Shown here one piece after another: positions 52,845-60,679 of a stretch of DNA of 64,000 nt. Numbering within the stretch: position 1 is the first letter of the stretch; each line of letters starts with the position of its first letter. The notes below the pieces were generated by a model. It was not told where the DNA came from. It searched no databases and saw only the letters and a program-made list of their open reading frames with translations. The position numbers were made by a program, and so were the translations under genes. This DNA is from Polyangiaceae bacterium. GTDB lineage: Bacteria; Myxococcota_A; Polyangia; Polyangiales; Polyangiaceae. The stretch spans positions 288,001 to 352,000 of the forward strand of contig JBILLK010000003.1 in NCBI GenBank assembly GCA_044376115.1. The letters run 5' to 3'.

Positions 52845-55256
52845 TTACTTCCCCACCAGGTCGAATTGTTCGAGGTGATATTCCTTGCGCGGTACGAGCT
52901 CGATGCGGCGCTGGTAGCGACGTTCTGCCTCTTGCACGGCGGAGCGCTCTTCCGTGCGGAGCAGCTCGACCACGGCTGGGTGGGCGTTCACCACCACGCT
53001 GTAGCCGCGAAGGCTTAGACGGTCCCGCTTGATTTGGCGCAGGATCTCGTAGGCGATCGTCTCGCGGGATTGCAGGTTGCCAGTGCCGTCGCAGTAGAAG
53101 CACGGCTCGTTCATCAAGCGGCCCAAGCTCTCGCGGGTGCGCTTGCGGGTCATCTCGATCAGGCCCAGGTCCGAGATGCGGTTGAGCGTGGTCTTGGCTT
53201 TGTCTTTGGCCAGCAGCTGCTCGAGGCGGCGGCGCACCTTCTCGCGATTGCTCGGCCGATCCATGTCGATCAAGTCGAGGATGATCAGCCCGCCGATGTT
53301 GCGGAAGCGGAGCTGGTAGGCGATCTCCTCGACGGCCTCCAGGTTGGTGGCGAGGATGGTCTCCTCGAGATCGCGCGAGCCTTTGCCGACGAAGCGGCCG
53401 GTGTTCACGTCGATGGCGGTGAGGGCCTCGGCTTGGTCGATGATCAGATGGCCGCCCGAGTTGAGCGGGACTTTGCGGCTGAGCGCGCGACCGATCTCGT
53501 CTTCGATACCGTACTCGTCGAAGATCGGCTCGGTGCCTTCATACAGTTCGATCGCTGCGACGCGGTCGGGCATGAACATCTCGACGAAGCGGCTCAGCCG
53601 CGCGTGTTCTTCCTTCGAGTCGATCACGATCTTCTCGATGTCGTCGGTGAACAGGTCTCGCGCCGTCTTCAGGATCAGATCCAGTTCGGTGTACAGGCAC
53701 TCGGGCGCGCGCGGGGTGGTCTCACGCTTGCGAGCGATCTCGCCCCAGAGCCGCACCAAGTAGCCGACGTCGGCTTTGAGCGACTTCTTGGTCAGACCCT
53801 CGGCCAGAGTGCGCACGATCAAGCCTCCTTGCGGCGGCTTCATCGCCTCGATCGCCTCACGCAGGCGACCGCGCTCTTTGTCCGAGCCGATGCGCTTGGA
53901 GATGCCGACGTGTTCGACCGTGGGCAGGTACACGACGTAGCGGCCAGGCAGTGAAACGTGGCTGGTGACGCGTGCGCCCTTGGTGCCGATCGGCTCCTTG
54001 GAGACCTGCACGATCACCTCTTGGCCCTCGCGTACGACCTCACGGATCGGCGTGGACTTCGACACGCGCAGCGGATCTTTGCGGGTGGCAGCGGCTTGCC
54101 CGCGCGGCCCGCGATCACGCTGGCTGCGATCTCCACCGCCGGCGGGGCGTTGGCCGCGGTCATTGCCGCCGCGGCCGTTTTGGCGTGCTGCCTTGGGCGC
54201 GCGCTCCGGCGGCGGAGCCGCAGCCATCGGCGCGGCTACGCGGGCGGCAGCGTCGGAGGTGCGACCGCGCCGACGACGACCGCGACCGCCGCGACGGGTG
54301 CGGGCCTTGTTGGCTTGCAGGCCGGCCTCGCCCTCGGGCGCTGCGCCGGCTGCCGCAGGGGCCGCTTCACCTTCGATGGTGTAACCGGGCGCCGGCTCGT
54401 ACAGATCCTCGTTGCGACGGGCTTGCCCCGGCTCGGCGGTGCCGGGCGCATCGGCGTTGGCGGTCTCGGCGCTGTCGGCCTCATCGGCCTCATCAGCGTC
54501 TTCCGATTCGGCCTCGTCGGCTTCGTCGGTCTCCTCGTCGTCAGCCTCCGGGTCCGTTTCGGCGGCTGAACCAGCGTCTGCGCTGGCAGCGAGCTCCGCC
54601 GCATCCTCGTCCTCTGCGCTGGTCTGCGCAGAATCTTCATCTTCATCTTCCGCTTGATCGTCGGCCGCGTCGTCTTCTTCCGCGTGCGCAGCGTCTGAGT
54701 CAGCGTCGCCGGCTCGTTCAGCCTCGAGCGCGGCCTCGGCAGCCTCGATCTCGTCGGCCTCGGCCTCCTCCGCTTCTTCATCCACCTCCGCTTCAGCGGC
54801 GGCTGCTGCTGCGAGCGCGGCGGAGGAAAGCGAGGGCACGAGCTCGGCGTCCTCATCGACCTCATCGATCGCCGGGAGCGCGTCTTCAGCGGCAGCGGCG
54901 GCGGGCAGAGCAGGGGCCTCCGTCTCGTGATCACCGGCGTCGGCGTCCTCCAGCGTGGGCGGCTCTTCACTCGTCTCGCTGGAGGCGTGGCTGTGTTTGC
55001 CGGCAAGGTAGGCCTCGAAATCGTCCGGCCGAATCAGATCCTCGACGTGGAGGAAGGCAGCGCGTTCCTGCCCGATATCGATGAAGGCGGCTTGCATACC
55101 GGGGAGAACCCGGCTGACTTTGCCTACGTAGATGTTTCCGAGTGTGCCTTTGGAACCGTGCCGCTCGATGTGAAGCTCGGCGACGATTCCGTTTTCAATC
55201 AGGGCTACGCGGATCTCTCGAATGTCGACGTTGATGACGAGAAGGTTTTTGGCCAT
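52845..55256 (-). CDS. rne: Rne/Rng family ribonuclease with large disordered insertion in the S1 domain
   Basis: GNIYVGKVSRVLPGMQAAFIDIG, KEPIGTKGA, AIDVNTG, GGLIILDLIDM, CFYC Zn-link; ATG 55256. Confidence 0.93.
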   Translation of the reverse strand: MAKNLLVINVDIREIRVALIENGIVAELHIERHGSKGTLGNIYVGKVSRVLPGMQAAFIDIGQERAAFLHVEDLIRPDDFEAYLAGKHSHASSETSEEPPTLEDADAGDHETEAPALPAAAAAEDALPAIDEVDEDAELVPSLSSAALAAAAAAEAEVDEEAEEAEADEIEAAEAALEAERAGDADSDAAHAEEDDAADDQAEDEDEDSAQTSAEDEDAAELAASADAGSAAETDPEADDEETDEADEAESEDADEADEADSAETANADAPGTAEPGQARRNEDLYEPAPGYTIEGEAAPAAAGAAPEGEAGLQANKARTRRGGRGRRRRGRTSDAAARVAAPMAAAPPPERAPKAARQNGRGGNDRGQRPAGGGDRSQRDRGPRGQAAATRKDPLRVSKSTPIREVVREGQEVIVQVSKEPIGTKGARVTSHVSLPGRYVVYLPTVEHVGISKRIGSDKERGRLREAIEAMKPPQGGLIVRTLAEGLTKKSLKADVGYLVRLWGEIARKRETTPRAPECLYTELDLILKTARDLFTDDIEKIVIDSKEEHARLSRFVEMFMPDRVAAIELYEGTEPIFDEYGIEDEIGRALSRKVPLNSGGHLIIDQAEALTAIDVNTGRFVGKGSRDLEETILATNLEAVEEIAYQLRFRNIGGLIILDLIDMDRPSNREKVRRRLEQLLAKDKAKTTLNRISDLGLIEMTRKRTRESLGRLMNEPCFYCDGTGNLQSRETIAYEILRQIKRDRLSLRGYSVVVNAHPAVVELLRTEERSAVQEAERRYQRRIELVPRKEYHLEQFDLVGK

Positions 55257-55633
55257 GGTCCGCCCGAACCTTTGCGTTCGGGTTGTGCAAGAAGGTTGGT
55301 TGGGGTTGCCCTCGTCATGGCTGAGCTGCTGACGTCGCGTCCGAGGCGGACGGTGCGAGCAGACCCAACCCGACGCAGCAAAGCCTTGCGGCCTGCTTGG
55401 AGGGCGGTGAGGTCCCGAACAGGGACCTCGGGGTGAAGCCACCGTTGGTGGAACATCATGAGGTCAGAATGCGGCCACCGAGGTGGACGCGTGGAGGTGA
55501 CAAAGTTTTCGCGCGGGCGTTGCTGGCTCAGGGAGCCAACTCCCCGAAACCCATGAACTGGGTCAGCGCCTCCTCGAAAGATCTTCGAGGCGCACCCTCT
55601 CAAATGGAGGGCAGGGGCCTTCGCTTGGTCGCA

Positions 55634-55662
55634 ACCTTACGCCGAGGAAGCCGCGGAAGCAA
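55634..55662 (-). promoter_or_regulatory. Putative sigma70-type promoter of the rne operon
   Basis: TTGCTT-N17-TAAGGT on the minus strand; implies a ~370-nt 5' leader. Confidence 0.55.
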
Positions 55663-55740
55663 GGCGCTTCACAGAGCTGTCAAGAAGGCGGCTGGAGGTG
55701 GGCCCTCGATGGGAGGAACGATGGGCGCTCGACGGTCGCG

Positions 55741-55850
55741 GAGAGGATGGGCGCTCGACATGGACGTTTTGTTGAGTTGGTGGCGCGATCCCAAGGCGAT
55801 CGAGGTGTGAGTTCAACAAAACGTCCAATTCGACGGTCGATCCCCGCTTG
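55741..55850. repeat. Palindromic REPIN-like element, copy 1
   Basis: Perfect 15-bp inverted repeat TGGACGTTTTGTTGA (55761-55775) / TCAACAAAACGTCCA (55813-55827), 37-nt spacer; homologous to 63301-63410. Confidence 0.85.
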
Positions 55851-55907
55851 GCGCGCCCTCCGATGGCCTCGATGGCCGCGCGGCACCTCGCGTGCTGGCT
55901 ACCGCGG

Positions 55908-56474
55908 TCAGAGGGCGCAGGATTCGGTGCAGACGCCTTGGGCGGCGAGGCCGTAGAGGCAATCCTCGAGGAGGAAGGCTGCATCGAGGCCAGCGTTGAA
56001 GTCGGCGAGGCAGCTGCCTGGGGTTTGCACCTCGCTGCAGATGCGTTCGCCGCTCTCGGGATCGGCCTCATTGGTGCAGTAGCAGTCGAGCTCGGGGCCG
56101 TCGTCGATGGTACCGCTGGCGTCGCTGTCGCACGCGGCCGCGCAATCGTAGAAGCCGCAACACTCGGTGATGCCGTCGGTGCAGTCGCCTGCGGCGCCGA
56201 AGCAGCTGCTGTACTCATCGCCGCATGCACCGGCGTCGCTGGCGACCTCCGCCGTGCCGAAGACCGCACACTCGAGGCAGCTGCGTGCAGGATCGAGATC
56301 GGTGGAGGCGGCGTCAGGCGAACACACGCCGATCACGTCGCAGGTTTGGAACTGCACCGAGGCCGTGCTGCTGACGTTGTCATTGCCGCCGGCACCACCG
56401 GCGTTGCCGCCACTTCCGCTGGAGTCTCCGCAGCCGATCGATAGGAGAAGGAGGCCAAGTACCGTGCGCTGCAT
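55908..56474 (-). CDS. Cys-rich lipoprotein (type A)
   Basis: LSIGC|GDS lipobox; 18 further Cys; DSDASGTIDD Ca-loop-like motif. Confidence 0.8.
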   Translation of the reverse strand: MQRTVLGLLLLSIGCGDSSGSGGNAGGAGGNDNVSSTASVQFQTCDVIGVCSPDAASTDLDPARSCLECAVFGTAEVASDAGACGDEYSSCFGAAGDCTDGITECCGFYDCAAACDSDASGTIDDGPELDCYCTNEADPESGERICSEVQTPGSCLADFNAGLDAAFLLEDCLYGLAAQGVCTESCAL

Positions 56475-56605
56475 GACGCCACGATAGTCCGGTTCTGCAG
56501 GTGGCTGGGGTCAATCAGCGCAATGGGCCGCGCTGAAGGAGACGAGGAGGCATGGGCGCGAGCTGGATACGATCCACGAAAACCCTTTGATCCGAGCTGG
56601 AAAGC

Positions 56606-56634
56606 TTGCCTCGTTTTCGGTCGTTGTTTAGGGT
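56606..56634 (+). promoter_or_regulatory. Putative sigma70-type promoter
   Basis: TTGCCT-N17-TAGGGT; TAGGGTCCGCGC recurs at 58190-58201 upstream of the related gene. Confidence 0.55.
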
Positions 56635-56660
56635 CCGCGCGATTTTGGCTGGAGGCCCCT

Positions 56661-57200
56661 ATGAAGAGTTCAGTTTTGGTTTCGGTATTTGCGCTGGTGG
56701 GAATCGTTGCTTGCGGGGATTCAGGCTCCAGCACCACGACGGCGGGCGGTGGCGGCTCGGGTGGTTCGGGTGGTTCGGGTGCCTCCGGTAGCACCGAGAG
56801 CACCGGCGGTACCACCAACACTGCCGGCAACGGCAGCGGTGCTAACGGCGTAGGCGGCAACGGAGTGGGCCCTACGGGCCCCGGCCCCGGAGCCGGCGGA
56901 GCTAGCTCCTGCGGCACGATTTCCGTCTGCCAAGACACCGATCAGGATCCGAGCAACGACTGTGTTTCCTGCGCTTTCACCAGCGCCTGCAGCGATCAGT
57001 ACATGGCTTGCACCAACAGCACCGACTGCATCGACGTGAACACCTGCCTAAGCAAGTGCGCGGAAGACGACGCGCCTTGTCAGCAGGGGTGCCTGGAAAA
57101 CAACCCGGCCGGCGCCGCACTCTACCAAGAGGTCATCTTGTGCGCCGTGTGCGACACTTGCTACGACGCGTGCGACGGCGCGACGGCCGGTTGCCCCTAA
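56661..57200 (+). CDS. Cys-rich lipoprotein (type B)
   Basis: GGAGG RBS, IVAC|GDSGSSTT, Gly/Pro linker, 16 further Cys. Confidence 0.85.
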   Translation: MKSSVLVSVFALVGIVACGDSGSSTTTAGGGGSGGSGGSGASGSTESTGGTTNTAGNGSGANGVGGNGVGPTGPGPGAGGASSCGTISVCQDTDQDPSNDCVSCAFTSACSDQYMACTNSTDCIDVNTCLSKCAEDDAPCQQGCLENNPAGAALYQEVILCAVCDTCYDACDGATAGCP

Positions 57201-57252
57201 ATCGGAGCGTTTGGCCCCACGCTGGAGGTTCCCAGCGAGTCGAGCTGAACGA

Positions 57253-57294
57253 CAAAAAGAAAAGAGCGGAGAAACCTCCGCTCTTTTCGTGTTT
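57253..57294. terminator. Bidirectional intrinsic terminator
   Basis: GAAAAGAGCGGAG-AAAC-CTCCGCTCTTTTC between convergent genes. Confidence 0.85.
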
Positions 57295-57301
57295 GGCACG
57301 A

Positions 57302-57889
57302 CTAGTTTTCTGCGCACGAATTGGTGCAGGCACCCTCGGTCGCGAGGCCAAAGACGCAGTCTTCCCAAAGCACGGCAGCGTCCAAGCCAGCGTCGTAGTC
57401 GGCAAGGCAGCTCCCAGCCAGTTGGACCTGGCTGCACACTCGTGTGCCACTCCGCGGATCTGCTTCGTTGGTGCAGAAACAATCGAGTTCGGGCCCTTCC
57501 TCAAGGGAAGCGCTGGCGTCGGTGTCGCAAGCGGACGCGCATTCATAGAACCCGCAGCACTCCGTCACTCCGTCGGTGCAATCACCCATCGAACCAAAGC
57601 ACTCGGTGTACTCGTCGCCGCACGTTCCCCCATCAGCGGCCACTTCAGACGAGCCGAACACCGCACATTCAATGCAGCTTCGCGTTGGGTCAGCCTCGCG
57701 AGTCTCCGTGGCCGGCGCGCATACGCCGATGGCGTCGCAGGTTGGGAACATTGAAGAGCCAGCTCCGCTTCCGCCTGCGTCGCTGCCAGCCGCGCCCGTG
57801 CCAGAACCCGCCGTTCCTCCACTAGCGCCGACGCCACTTGAATCTCCACAGCCGACGATCAGCGCTATGCCAAGAAGGAGCCGTGCCAT
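57302..57889 (-). CDS. Cys-rich lipoprotein (type A), paralog of 55908-56474
   Basis: IVGC|GDS; the same 18 Cys; shared GDCTDG.TECCGFY and GPELDC.CTNEADP. Confidence 0.8.
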   Translation of the reverse strand: MARLLLGIALIVGCGDSSGVGASGGTAGSGTGAAGSDAGGSGAGSSMFPTCDAIGVCAPATETREADPTRSCIECAVFGSSEVAADGGTCGDEYTECFGSMGDCTDGVTECCGFYECASACDTDASASLEEGPELDCFCTNEADPRSGTRVCSQVQLAGSCLADYDAGLDAAVLWEDCVFGLATEGACTNSCAEN

Positions 57890-58330
57890 GCAGGTCTACT
57901 ATAGCGGAACAGCACGAGCACCGCGGGTTTCAATGTGCGCTAGCGGGGACCCTGCCTTCGTTTGACGATGTTTGATCCAATCGCGTTACCTTGCGGGTTG
58001 CTGCTCGATGGTTTCCGGCTAGGCTGCTAAGGCACGCTTTCTTTCGAATTCTCAGGTAAATAGGCGCATTCTCGAGGTTGGATTTTGCCCGGTGATGCCA
58101 ATTGACACACGCCAACGTGTGTGCATCCGGTGACATCTGTTCAACGATCTTTCCTCATTTTTGTGGCGCGAACTTCGTGGGCTTTCTGCTAGGGTCCGCG
58201 CCGTTCGAGTAGACCAAGCTCTGCCCCGCTGCTTGTGGGGAGTCCAGAGGGAGGGCTCCGATCGTGAGGGGTCGACGGGCAGCGAGCTCGGTGCTTCTCG
58301 ATAAAACTTGGCTGTTGTTGGAGGTGTTTC

Positions 58331-59071
58331 ATGAATCTCAAGCTTGTCAGTGCGCTCTCGATCGTTGGTCTCCTCATCGCCTGTGGCGACAGCGGCTCCT
58401 CGACCACGGGCGGTGGCGGTAACGGCGGTGACAGCACCAGCACGTCGGGCGGCGGCGGCGAGGGTGGTGTCGGCCCCGGCCCCGGCCCCGGCCCTGGCCC
58501 CGGCCCTGGTTCTGGCGGTAACGGTGGCGGCGCGGAGGAGTGCATTGATGAGGGCGCGGCGTCCTTCCTCCCGGAGACGGCGGAGTTCGTTGCCGTTGCT
58601 GGACAGAATCTGTGCACGCCTGCACAGGTCACCGGGTTCATCGACTCCTGCTTCGACGGGACGCAAGAGACCTGCGACGCTTACCTCAACGACCCTGCGA
58701 ACGACGCTTGTTTCGGTTGCATGTTCGGCACGATGGACGGAACCAACTGGCCGGCAGCATTCATCACCGCGAACAACGCAGCGGTTGTGAACGTGGCACT
58801 GTGTGAGTCGCTGGTTCAGGGGTTGCCGGACTGCGTGCGCACCGTATTCAACCCGACCCTCTGCATCGTGAGTGCCTGCGACATCTGTGAGACCAACGAA
58901 GGCTTCAACGCTTGTCTCACGGAGGCCGAGGGCGGGGTGTGTGCTCCGCTGCAAGACGAGATCACGGCGGAGTGTGAGCCCGTCGCCGCTGGGATGTCGC
59001 CGGAATGCACCGGTGCCGACTTCCTCGGGACCCTCGAGGCCGTTGCCAACTACGTTTGCGGCGCGCCGTGA
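58331..59071 (+). CDS. Cys-rich lipoprotein (type B-like)
   Basis: GGAGG RBS, LIAC|GDSGSSTT, (GP)n linker, 16 further Cys. Confidence 0.85.
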   Translation: MNLKLVSALSIVGLLIACGDSGSSTTGGGGNGGDSTSTSGGGGEGGVGPGPGPGPGPGPGSGGNGGGAEECIDEGAASFLPETAEFVAVAGQNLCTPAQVTGFIDSCFDGTQETCDAYLNDPANDACFGCMFGTMDGTNWPAAFITANNAAVVNVALCESLVQGLPDCVRTVFNPTLCIVSACDICETNEGFNACLTEAEGGVCAPLQDEITAECEPVAAGMSPECTGADFLGTLEAVANYVCGAP

Positions 59072-59104
59072 AATCGGTGCTCGGTCTCTCCTGACCGAAG
59101 CATG

Positions 59105-59147
59105 AAAAGAGAGGCTCCGTGCTCGTGCACGGGGCCTTTTCTGTTTT
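59105..59147 (+). terminator. Intrinsic terminator
   Basis: AGGCTCCGTGC-loop-GCACGGGGCCT followed by TTTCTGTTTT. Confidence 0.8.
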
Positions 59148-59198
59148 GAGCCTGCTCGCCTCGCGCAATCCTCGCGTTGGCCAGCGCTTGTGTCTTTG

Positions 59199-59465
59199 GT
59201 GATTTGAAGCTCCTACGTTTCGTCAGCTTGATTTCGAGCCGAGTTTGAACCATCGCGCTCAAATGGCGCGGAAGCTTTCAACGGGTAAAAACGTCAATTG
59301 ATCGTTCGCCTTGCGGAAACCCCAGGGTTTAAACCTTTAAAGAGCGTCGCGCGAACGAAAAAACGAGATTGAAACCATCGTGCGTGGATGGGTGAACTCG
59401 AGTCGTCAGGATTTTAACCTCTTCAGGCCAACTCCACGATCGGTTGACGAGGATTTAAACCATCG
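59199..59465. repeat. Phased array of seven 12-bp boxes, period 41-43 bp
   Basis: Boxes start at 59199, 59240, 59282, 59324, 59365, 59408, 59450; consensus approx. nGG(A/G)TTT(A/G)AACC. Confidence 0.7.
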
Positions 59466-59692
59466 ACTTCGCTGCCTCGCCACTTGTGCTCGCACTCCAC
59501 CGACCTCCCCTTGTGTTTGCCAGGCGATCCATGGCCCGACTGTTTGGCGTGACCGTCCAAACTTCGCGTCTGCTAGCTGACGTGACGTCCGTGTGATGAC
59601 GATGCGTCAGAAAGGAGTTCAGTTGACAGAAGTTGGGGGGGCTTAGTTAGCCTCCGGGGCGGGTGATTGACACTCGTCAAGCAGGTAGACCA

Positions 59693-60325
59693 ATGAAACA
59701 GAAGATCGTTTTGGGCGTGGCACTATGTTTGCTGGGTATTGGGGCAGGCTGCAATACCGAGGTCGATACGGTTGATCTCGACTCGGACGACGAGGCCGAC
59801 CTTGGTGAGTTCGCAGGGATGGATCCGGAAACCACCTTCTTCAACCGTACGCAGGTGACCTTCCTGCCCGATGGGACGCAAGAGGTCCTCACGGAGCAAG
59901 TCTCGCTTGCTCAACAGATTGCAGAGCGTGAGGCCGAAGAATCTGGGATCACGCTGGAGGAGCTTTACGCGGTCGAGCATCCGCAGCTCGCTGCACTGAC
60001 GAAGCCGGCAATTTGCGGTTCGTCTTTCTATGCGAGGCTCTACTCCGCAACTGGTTGGACGGGAGACCAGCTGTGTTTGAATGGAACCGGGACAGCAAAC
60101 CTAAGTAGCTGGTCCGTAGGCGCTTGCATCTGGGGCTACTCAACCCTCCCAGTTTGTTTCAAGCCGGTGAAAAGCTTCAAAGCCGGTGACAAGACCATTG
60201 GTTTTACGTCAGCCGGTGGCTGCTCGGACGAGATCGCTTGGCATGAGGCTTCATCGGCTCATTCCATCGTTCAGCAAGCTACTCAGGTTACGCGCACCAC
60301 CGCGCCCGCCGTCTGTCCGTTCTGA
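59693..60325 (+). CDS. Secreted lipoprotein: acidic pro-region plus beta/gamma-crystallin-like (inhibitor I36-like) C-domain
   Basis: GAGC lipobox; RLYSATGWTGDQLCLNGTGTANL; fold assignment is inference. Confidence 0.75.
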   Translation: MKQKIVLGVALCLLGIGAGCNTEVDTVDLDSDDEADLGEFAGMDPETTFFNRTQVTFLPDGTQEVLTEQVSLAQQIAEREAEESGITLEELYAVEHPQLAALTKPAICGSSFYARLYSATGWTGDQLCLNGTGTANLSSWSVGACIWGYSTLPVCFKPVKSFKAGDKTIGFTSAGGCSDEIAWHEASSAHSIVQQATQVTRTTAPAVCPF

Positions 60326-60679
60326 GTCCTGGTGGGGGCGCTCTTCCGGCGCCCCTGCTTGGGATGTTGTCGGCTTACGCTTCGGCCCCTCTTCCCACTT
60401 GGCGACAACTTGAGCGCGCTCCCAAGGCGGCGCCGCGGCTCATGCGACCTTCAAACCTGCCTTTGCCTCATCTGTGGGATCAGAGGACGGCAGGAACTAA
60501 ATCACCGGACAGTCCAGATTCTTTCTAATTCGATGGGGTCGCTGGCCATAACCCTAGTGAGAGACAGGGAGCAAAGCCCCCGTGCATGGTGTGCGCGGGC
60601 CGGGGCTCCCGCGTCTCTGCGCGCCCGCAAGGGCCGCTCTACAGGCGGGTGATTGACACTCGCCAAGCCAGGTAAACCA

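Noticed and set aside
55257..55630. FMN riboswitch upstream of the rib genes, or an N-terminal extension of RNase E to 55442
   Set aside because: No recognisable RFN consensus blocks; the conserved Rne/Rng N-terminus begins at ATG 55256
58471..58510. CGGCCC hexamer tandem repeat
   Set aside because: In-frame (GP)n linker of a lipoprotein; length changes would not shift the frame
59199..59465. Canonical CRISPR array
   Set aside because: Repeats are only 12 bp and degenerate, and no cas genes are in the window; kept as a phased array instead
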